Source of the DNA: a virus
Taxonomy: Duplodnaviria; Caudoviricetes
Strand: one strand, 5' to 3'
DNA length: 61,470 nucleotides
IMG/VR virus record: IMGVR_UViG_3300034200_001057
Location: 1 to 61,470 of that record
The notes beneath the pieces are model-generated. The model saw nothing but the letters and a program-made list of their open reading frames with translations. It was not told the DNA's origin and ran no database searches. The number at the start of each line of letters is the position of its first letter. Position 1 is the stretch's first letter. The position numbers and the translations under genes were made by a program. This document shows positions 54,477-61,470 of the stretch, one piece after another.

Positions 54477-57110
54477 CTACCAGAAAAGAAGACATCGAAA
54501 GCATTCTTGGAACGATGCACGGTTGAGCCATAGGTATTTCAACCCGTCCCTCGTCGTGATGATTTCCATACGGTTTCCGATGATCGCAGTCGGAGCCGCG
54601 TACGGGTACATCGATCCGCCGTGCACTTTCCCGGTTACGATGTCGAGGTACATAACTCTTTGTGTGCCATCTTTGTGGAAGTAAATCCTATTACCACCGT
54701 CGTAAGCCGTCATCGATCCTGATGTTAGCGTTTCTGTAAGTGGTGCTGTGTTGATAGCAGAAATACGATCCGTAGCCAGGTTCAAACGTTCAAACCCGTA
54801 CGCACCGCCACCACGAGCGATAAACATATACCGCCCACGATAGGAAGCTAACGAAGGATTGAATCCCCAATTTGCATTTGTGCCGGTTCCCTTAGCGTTG
54901 CCTTCGAGTATCGCATACTGAGTCGTTCCCGCAGTTGGTGCCGTGATTGTGGAAACAGTCAACGTATTGGAAGTGTTCGAGGCTATAATTACCTCAATAG
55001 GTCCACCCGTTGAAGACAAGATACGAACGCGCCGACCGGCATAAATATTAACCGCCCAGCTTTTGCCCGTGTCCTGAATCGTGGTTGTTGTTTGTGTACC
55101 AGTTGCAACACCAAAGTCTAGAGCACCGATTGCAGTCCCGGTTGCGATAGAGTACCGACTGACTCCGTTAGTAGGTGCTGTAACGGTGGAGGAGAATGTA
55201 AGCGTTGTTGCCGTATTGCTCGTGACGCGAACTATCTGCCCTGCACCTGCACCACTGGCTGCTGTATATGCTGCTGTATTCATATACACTAATCGGCCAG
55301 CATGTTCGTTAGTTGTCCAGTTCTTGGTGAAGTCGGTTAGCGTTGTCGTAGACTGCGCCCCGGCAAGAGTCACACCAGCGGGAGTACCACCCATTGTGTA
55401 AGTGAATGTCGTCGCACTCGGAACAGTTGCAATTGCCGTGTTGGTTACGTTGAAGTTTGCGTCTGTAGCGCCGCGTACAGTTACTAAGTCACCCACACGG
55501 AACTGATGAGCATGGGCAGTTGTTACTGTGGCAGTCGTTGAAGCATTACTCAACGAAGCGATTGCCACTGGTTGATGCCCACCAACCGTCGCCGCAGCAC
55601 TTCGAGCAATACCCCAATCTTGCTGACGTCCCCACGTTACTACGTGTGAGTCCATGTTATGCATTACAATTCCAGCATTACCACCGCTCACCATGTAAAG
55701 CTTCTCGGTATCACCTTGGATAGCGTAGACACTCGTCGAGTCCGGGTTCGTCGTCCACGGTCTCAATACAGTTAGTGCGGTGCCCGTATTGCTGACAATC
55801 GGCTGCACTTGACCTACGCCAGTTCCCGCTAAGATGCGAACAGAGTAATTTGCCCATCGGTTCGTTGCCCAGGATTTAGTAGAGTCAGTAAGCGTTGTCG
55901 ATGCCCCCGCTGTGGCAGTCCCCGCATCGAAACCAAGAATTAAGTAACGGCTAGTCGTATCGGGAGCTGTTCCAGCCGATGACCAAGTAAGAGTGTTTGC
56001 GGTGTTGCTCGCAATCTGGCGAATCTGCCCCGCTGCCGCACCTGAGAAGATAAATACCCAGTATCCCGCCCATTGGTTTGTGGTCCAATTAGCAACGTCA
56101 ACACCGTGAGACGCATCAACAAGCGTAGTTGTAGTTCCACCAGTAGCGATTCCACGTTCCCAGATTGAAGAATTCTCGGTAGTTCTTTCAATAGAGAAGT
56201 CCGTCAAGGCTGCTGCAAAAATGTTGGTATAGGAGGGTAGAACGTACCAAGTATCAGTCAGTATGCAGTACGCTTGGTAAGTATAGAAGGGCGTTGCTGC
56301 CGCACCGGAAGCACACAACACCATACCGCTCTGAATACGAAAGACCGAAGTAGAATCTGGCGTTGTTGTCCATGCAGAGTCTACCGTGACCACTTGCGAT
56401 TCAATGCTGTAAAACGACTGAGAACCTGCTGTGGCGGAAATTGCTGGAGAGAATACTGCCGGGTTATTCCAAGGCTTATTCATCTGAGCTGTATCGCCAA
56501 TCGTCAACACCGTTGCCGTGTTGCTGAGGATGCGTCGAATCTGACCAGCACTGCCGGCAGGGGTATTAGCGACTCTCAGTGCGTAGCCCGCGTACTGGTT
56601 AACTGTAAACGTTTTGAGCGTATCCGTGATTGAAATTGCTCCCGCCGTGTTCGATACAGCGGTCGGGATGCCACTATCATGTACTACGGGCTCAGCGACA
56701 GCCGTGATAGTTCTTCGTTGCCCTGCGCCTGTTCCCGAGACAATTACTACGTCGTGGCCGACGAGACTGTTTTGCGTTACAGCCGCAATCTGAAGTGTTG
56801 TAGAAGTAGCCGCGATGACTCTATCTTCTACTCCCAACGCTCCTGCGAACTTTAGTGCGCTAAAAGTCAGAGGGGCGACCGCTGGAGACTGTAGCTGTTG
56901 GTACATATCCGCCCAGGTGTCGTACCGTGAGAAGTTTGTGGCAGATATCAGGTAGTAAATGTAACGGCCATGGTCCGAGGGCATGAAGTTGCCGTTATCC
57001 GCCGAACAGGATGAGGAAATTGCAGACGATACGGCGGGAGCAAAACGAGTCCATTCCCACGTTGGTAAATCGACTTGACGTGATAGTGTGTTCTTGTTGA
57101 GTGCTGGCAT
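54477..57110 (-). CDS. Large repeat-containing virion protein (tail fibre/spike-like)
   Basis: About 6 repeats of GxATxGxTTTLTDxxKxWxTNxWAG...GTGxGQxRxIxSNT. Confidence 0.7.
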   Translation of the reverse strand: MPALNKNTLSRQVDLPTWEWTRFAPAVSSAISSSCSADNGNFMPSDHGRYIYYLISATNFSRYDTWADMYQQLQSPAVAPLTFSALKFAGALGVEDRVIAATSTTLQIAAVTQNSLVGHDVVIVSGTGAGQRRTITAVAEPVVHDSGIPTAVSNTAGAISITDTLKTFTVNQYAGYALRVANTPAGSAGQIRRILSNTATVLTIGDTAQMNKPWNNPAVFSPAISATAGSQSFYSIESQVVTVDSAWTTTPDSTSVFRIQSGMVLCASGAAATPFYTYQAYCILTDTWYVLPSYTNIFAAALTDFSIERTTENSSIWERGIATGGTTTTLVDASHGVDVANWTTNQWAGYWVFIFSGAAAGQIRQIASNTANTLTWSSAGTAPDTTSRYLILGFDAGTATAGASTTLTDSTKSWATNRWANYSVRILAGTGVGQVQPIVSNTGTALTVLRPWTTNPDSTSVYAIQGDTEKLYMVSGGNAGIVMHNMDSHVVTWGRQQDWGIARSAAATVGGHQPVAIASLSNASTTATVTTAHAHQFRVGDLVTVRGATDANFNVTNTAIATVPSATTFTYTMGGTPAGVTLAGAQSTTTLTDFTKNWTTNEHAGRLVYMNTAAYTAASGAGAGQIVRVTSNTATTLTFSSTVTAPTNGVSRYSIATGTAIGALDFGVATGTQTTTTIQDTGKSWAVNIYAGRRVRILSSTGGPIEVIIASNTSNTLTVSTITAPTAGTTQYAILEGNAKGTGTNANWGFNPSLASYRGRYMFIARGGGAYGFERLNLATDRISAINTAPLTETLTSGSMTAYDGGNRIYFHKDGTQRVMYLDIVTGKVHGGSMYPYAAPTAIIGNRMEIITTRDGLKYLWLNRASFQECFRCLLFW

Positions 57111-57117
57111 AGGTACC

Positions 57118-57558
57118 TTAAACGAAAGTTAATTGAGACCGGATTGCATTGGCGTAAGTGTTCTTTGCAATGTTGATATACTGCTCACGATCCATACCCG
57201 CGTTAGCCGCAAGGTTGTTTACTGCGGTAATAGTTCCAGCGGTAATACTAGCCACGGTGGAAACAGTGGTAACAGCAGCCAACACCGCTGTACCAGCTAT
57301 TGAATCAACCGTAACGCGCTGACGGTTTTGTGCGTCAACGACTGCATTGGACTCTAATAGCTTCACCAGCCTTGAGAGCATTCGAAGTAAATCGTCGGAT
57401 TGATCCGCGACGACTGGTAGTGGGTTTGATTTGCTCGTATCAATTGCAATACCATCTTCGCCGAATGTTGGTTTGACGCGTTGATACAGCACTCCACCGA
57501 TATCGTCGGCTGCTACTGTAACCCCTGTTCCTGGTGTGTACCCTACATTGTCTGCCAT
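57118..57558 (-). CDS. Virion structural protein (putative)
   Basis: MADNVGYTPGTG..VAADDIGGVLYQRVK...NPLPV. Confidence 0.6.
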   Translation of the reverse strand: MADNVGYTPGTGVTVAADDIGGVLYQRVKPTFGEDGIAIDTSKSNPLPVVADQSDDLLRMLSRLVKLLESNAVVDAQNRQRVTVDSIAGTAVLAAVTTVSTVASITAGTITAVNNLAANAGMDREQYINIAKNTYANAIRSQLTFV

Positions 57559-57583
57559 TGCTTCTTCCTAAATAAAGTCAACA

Positions 57584-58066
57584 CTACACCGATTGAGCCA
57601 ATACACCCTGGTAGAATACTGCGTGGTCACCCGCCGTTGCGCTCAATGTTCCACCACATCTGTTCTCAATTACAATACCCCATCGTGCCGGCAATGAGCC
57701 ACCGAACGCCGAAGCGACCGAGAACGGGCCGCCGTTGTACGTGGTGCTATTGGCTACTACGTTTAGGATGCCAATCAGCCTAAGATTAGTAGGGGAGGTA
57801 AGAGTAATCGCGCTATCACTTCCCGATGCACCCTCCGTGTACGTTGTGCCCCCGTCCGCAGTACCGTAGGCATACACAAGACAGATACCCGTGGAAGATG
57901 TTCCCGACGATCCCGACCTTAACTTTACATGCACTAGGGCATCAAGAAAAAGGTCGGTCTCGTTATTGATGGCAGTGCCTTGACGAGCTGAGTTATTCGC
58001 GAGAGATGCGACGCCAATAGTTATCGTTTGGTTATTAGTCCCAAACTTTTGCTTTACATCTGCCAC
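57584..58066 (-). CDS. Virion structural protein (putative)
   Basis: Beta-rich Ser/Thr/Gly ORF in the late operon. Confidence 0.55.
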   Translation of the reverse strand: MADVKQKFGTNNQTITIGVASLANNSARQGTAINNETDLFLDALVHVKLRSGSSGTSSTGICLVYAYGTADGGTTYTEGASGSDSAITLTSPTNLRLIGILNVVANSTTYNGGPFSVASAFGGSLPARWGIVIENRCGGTLSATAGDHAVFYQGVLAQSV

Positions 58067-58132
58067 CGCGTTACTCTCCTCTTCTTGCCGCTATGTCTAT
58101 TTTCTCCTGCTGAGAAAACTCAATTCCAATTC

Positions 58133-58555
58133 CTAAAGCGTGAAAATACCTGAAGCATTCCAGGTAATTGTGATATCACCACCGTTAGGAGTAACGGGAA
58201 GCCCAGAGCTTACGGTATCGATATACGCAATCAAGGAAGAGGTACCCGCTGTACCCGTATCCTTGTAAATGACAAGAGCCTCAACCGATGCACCAGATAC
58301 CGCAGTAAAAGTCACATCAGCCGCATCGAATACACCGTTGGTTACAGTTTTCGAAGCGAGTGCTTGAGGAGTGCCGACTACGCCAGATACCGAGCTGTAA
58401 AATTCATGCGATCCGCTGTAGGTATAGGTTCCGGTGTCAACTAGAGCCACCCTAATTGTGTCATCCGAAAGGTCAACTGCCGTTCCGCTCGTAGTTCCAA
58501 GGGTTCCAGGGTTAAGAAGCTTTTGTTTATAAAGAGGGTAGAGTGCATTTGGCAT
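58133..58555 (-). CDS. Minor tail / virion structural protein
   Basis: GVFDAADVTF...LIAYID..LPVTPNGGDITITWNASGIFTL. Confidence 0.65.
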   Translation of the reverse strand: MPNALYPLYKQKLLNPGTLGTTSGTAVDLSDDTIRVALVDTGTYTYSGSHEFYSSVSGVVGTPQALASKTVTNGVFDAADVTFTAVSGASVEALVIYKDTGTAGTSSLIAYIDTVSSGLPVTPNGGDITITWNASGIFTL

Positions 58556-58639
58556 TGTAAAAATCTCCGTGACTTGCGCTAGTCACGATAAGAGTAACGC
58601 AATGACCTTTACCGCGCTATACGCAACAGAACCCAGAAG

Positions 58640-59461
58640 CTATGCCAAACGATAGTCACCATGCACGCGAATCGACCCAGTAGTTAAAGGGTGATTGGTT
58701 ATGTCGTGCCGGTATAGGTCGAAAGAGCCCGCCGTACCCGACTGGACGACAACTCCCGCGAAGTTCAGAGCCGAGCCGTATATGCAAGGCTCTCCAGTTT
58801 CCCCCGTAACTGGTAGTGTGAATCGAATTCTATTCGAAGCCGTAACGCTCGTAGTAAGTGAAGCAAGCAATTGAATTCTTACTATATCGCCGTCGGCCTG
58901 GTAGACTCCGTTCGTAATACTGACGCCCGAAACAGTCATCGGTGAAACACCAGTGATAGTAGGAGACCAAGACACCCATCCCCCGCCATGATTACACAAG
59001 ATGAAGTCGGTTCCATCGTAAACTAGGACCGCCTTATTTCCAGAGACAAGCTCCCCGCCCTTTAGCGTCCTCCCCTTCCATCGAATGGTTTTGGCCCCAA
59101 GGCCAGAGACGTTGATAGTTGCACCCGATGTGCTTGTATTTGAAGAGTGGATATTAGCCACCAGAACATCGCCCGCAACGTAAGATGCCCACGCTACGGT
59201 AGGAGTGGCGACGTAGGTAGGTTGGGTTCCTGTTGTAGTTACTACAGCTCTAAATGCCCTCTCGGTGCCGGCTCGTTCCGCCCACGCCGAGCCGCTCCAT
59301 CTCTCCCATGCCTTCCCTGTGGAGTTAAAACGTATAGCTCCAGTCGGGACGTTAGTATCAGTTCCATAATCCTGCTTTGCTAGGTTTGAAGCCTTCTCAT
59401 TAATGTCAGTAAGAACACTTGTATAAGTTGATGAATTTGTTGGATTGTTCCAATTGACCAT
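58640..59461 (-). CDS. Tail fibre-associated protein
   Basis: NWNNPT..STY, GATINVSGLGAKTI, GELVSG...LVYDGT, WVSWSPT. Confidence 0.65.
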   Translation of the reverse strand: MVNWNNPTNSSTYTSVLTDINEKASNLAKQDYGTDTNVPTGAIRFNSTGKAWERWSGSAWAERAGTERAFRAVVTTTGTQPTYVATPTVAWASYVAGDVLVANIHSSNTSTSGATINVSGLGAKTIRWKGRTLKGGELVSGNKAVLVYDGTDFILCNHGGGWVSWSPTITGVSPMTVSGVSITNGVYQADGDIVRIQLLASLTTSVTASNRIRFTLPVTGETGEPCIYGSALNFAGVVVQSGTAGSFDLYRHDITNHPLTTGSIRVHGDYRLA

Positions 59462-59468
59462 AATCTCC

Positions 59469-61470
59469 TTATGTTTCCACTACTCCCGATGCACTCCATC
59501 CTATTGTCCCTGATGCTCGATTCCCATCGGAATCAAACATGTACGCATAAAACCCAGTGGGGTTAGGGATATCTTGCCATCTTGCCGTAGCTGTCCTGCC
59601 ACTGTTGGCCTGTGCAGTAGCGTTGACTTGGATAACATCGACGAAATCCAAGTTGTACGGAATAAATGTACCATCTGCATCACTACCTGACACTATAGCA
59701 AATCCAGAGTCCTGCCTCGTTGTGACACCTATTTGCATATTGATTTGCGAAACCTGAACCATTCCCGATGGGGTTCCTATACGAACGGAAGGCTTAACTC
59801 TCGCCAATGCGTCCATTGCCGTAGGTGTTCGGCTTCCATAGAGCGTAGTTCTTACGTAGCGAAAACCAGCAAGGGCATGAGTGGCGGTTTTTATACCCGA
59901 CCCCGAGGATAGGTTGGTTCGAACCTGCACTACATCCCAATTAGCGGTAGGTGATGCCCTAGTTTCAACGGTATACGATAGAGAAACCTGGTCTGTAGCG
60001 TCAACTTGAACGACATCGAACGTGAATAGACCATTGCACGATGTAATGGCCTTACCACAATCCGTTACCCACTCAGCAACACCCTCGACTCCAGCCGGAG
60101 CTGGCTGTAACCACTCGCTATAACCGGCATCGATGAACCCTTGAATGGTTGTGAATCCATTGTCGAGAAAGTGAGCCTCCCAAGTCTCTCCAGATTGAGC
60201 TGGTAGGCATACGGTAGTTCCGTCCAATAGGTCCACCGCATTGCTTAACGTAGCATCCCCAGGGTCTAGTACATCACCGCCGACCTCATACCGCAGTTTG
60301 ACGTAACGGTAGTTGTTTCCATTTTGAGAACTAATGCCAGGAGCGCCGCGAGTCCATCGGTCGGCTTCCGAGTACCTCCAAAATAGCTGAGGGATAACTA
60401 CGGACGGGGATTCAAGCTCAGTAGCGGTATACGTTGTAGTTATGGCCGCCGAAGTGAACACCGCCCCTAGGTCAACAGCCCACTCAGCTATTCCAATGTT
60501 TGAGCTTCCAGGCTCTAGCCAATACTCATATCCATCATCAATAAGGTCCTGAATCGTATTAGCCCCATTAGCAGTAAAGTGGCTTTGATACGTCTCGGAG
60601 GTGTTTGCCGGCCCTACTACGCTAATACCATCGGTCTCTATACCAAGGTTGGATATGGTTAATGCGTTAGCTACTTCAAGAACCTGGTTGTATTGGAGAA
60701 CAAATCCGTTCGGTTGATACACCGATAGTAAGGTTGACGCAGCGGGGGCGACGTTACCAGCACTATCAACGGATGTAACCCAGTACGTATAGGTTCCAGC
60801 ATTCGGTTCAACCAGGGTAAAGAACGTAGCGTCCACGCTCCCCAGTAGTACCGCTGAGGTAAAGATGTCCCCTCGATAGACTCTGTATTTAACAACCGGC
60901 ATTGCACCACCAACGGGCGGTTGCCAATCAATGATGGTAGTTCCGTTAAGCTCCCGAGCGAATAGGTTGAGCACTGGACCATGCGTACCTATTGCAACGA
61001 TGTGACTACCAGCGGTACCCGTCGTTCCCGCCGAATTGATTGCAGCAATCCAAAATATCCTACTCCCCGACCACTCTCCTTTGACCCGATATTTTAACGC
61101 TGCAACCCGAGCAACGAATGTTCCTGATGCGTAGGATGCACCGTGCCTTATTTCGTAATCAATTATCGGAAGGTCGGATGATGGCTTTGACCAGTCAAGA
61201 TTTACATACTCACCCTCTCCCGACGATGTGATTGTTGGTGCCGCTGCTCCGTTTACAGTCACGACTACACTTCCCGCAGTACCCGAATTGCCGACGATGT
61301 CGGTTGCCCGTACCCAGAATGTTCGAGCACCGGACCACGTACCTAGAACCTTAAACTTTAGAGCATCGAGTATTCCGACCGAGACACCAGAGGCAAAATC
61401 AGTCCCGTACCGAACCTCATAACTCTTAATTGCAAACGAGCCCGACGCTGCCGACCATGACAACAAAACC
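59469..61470 (-). CDS. Tail tip / central fibre protein, C-terminal part with FN3-like repeats
   Basis: LSW...YEVRYG...FWVRA.D..GN repeats; continuation of the ORF starting at 2288. Confidence 0.85.
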   Translation of the reverse strand, partial: VLLSWSAASGSFAIKSYEVRYGTDFASGVSVGILDALKFKVLGTWSGARTFWVRATDIVGNSGTAGSVVVTVNGAAAPTITSSGEGEYVNLDWSKPSSDLPIIDYEIRHGASYASGTFVARVAALKYRVKGEWSGSRIFWIAAINSAGTTGTAGSHIVAIGTHGPVLNLFARELNGTTIIDWQPPVGGAMPVVKYRVYRGDIFTSAVLLGSVDATFFTLVEPNAGTYTYWVTSVDSAGNVAPAASTLLSVYQPNGFVLQYNQVLEVANALTISNLGIETDGISVVGPANTSETYQSHFTANGANTIQDLIDDGYEYWLEPGSSNIGIAEWAVDLGAVFTSAAITTTYTATELESPSVVIPQLFWRYSEADRWTRGAPGISSQNGNNYRYVKLRYEVGGDVLDPGDATLSNAVDLLDGTTVCLPAQSGETWEAHFLDNGFTTIQGFIDAGYSEWLQPAPAGVEGVAEWVTDCGKAITSCNGLFTFDVVQVDATDQVSLSYTVETRASPTANWDVVQVRTNLSSGSGIKTATHALAGFRYVRTTLYGSRTPTAMDALARVKPSVRIGTPSGMVQVSQINMQIGVTTRQDSGFAIVSGSDADGTFIPYNLDFVDVIQVNATAQANSGRTATARWQDIPNPTGFYAYMFDSDGNRASGTIGWSASGVVET
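61336..61470. repeat. Terminal direct repeat, right copy
   Basis: Matches 1-135 with one mismatch. Confidence 0.95.

Noticed and set aside
61336-61470. Biological direct terminal repeat
   Set aside because: It falls mid-gene and the terminase/HNH set suggests cos ends elsewhere; best explained as assembly overlap.

Overview
The window looks like a complete, circularly permuted genome (about 61,335 bp; positions 1-135 repeat at 61336-61470) of a temperate, long-tailed dsDNA phage with an HK97-type head. Minus strand 1-16.9 kb and 49.7-61.5 kb hold the tail, head-tail, capsid, protease, portal, terminase, tail-fibre-like repeat proteins and lysis genes. At 16.9-19.9 kb a ParB / PAPS-reductase (IbrA/YbdN) / IbrB(YbdM) / cupin cassette sits beside the predicted cos region. 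At 21-28 kb lie VRR-NUC, an iteron-rich origin, a Prim-Pol/D5 primase-helicase, an SNF2 helicase, an SSB and a Cas4-like nuclease; I recognised no DNA polymerase. At 28-38 kb are many small early genes with a repeated promoter and a repeated CCGAAA-loop hairpin. The most striking feature is 39.3-47.3 kb: the only recognisable lysogeny module is an integrative-mobilisable-element-like block. It contains an intact attP-like site with a tRNA-Ser-like core, a tyrosine integrase, an excisionase, a TraD/TrwB-type coupling ATPase, a membrane protein, a degenerate MobF/TrwC relaxase, an RHH protein, a candidate oriT, an HTH repressor and leading-region-type genes. This suggests a phage-IME hybrid. Two unexplained, strand-specifically structured non-coding regions (about 29.5-29.8 kb with a tRNA-like minihelix, and about 47.5-48.0 kb) are candidate new ncRNAs. 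All family calls come from motif recognition by eye; no database search was run.
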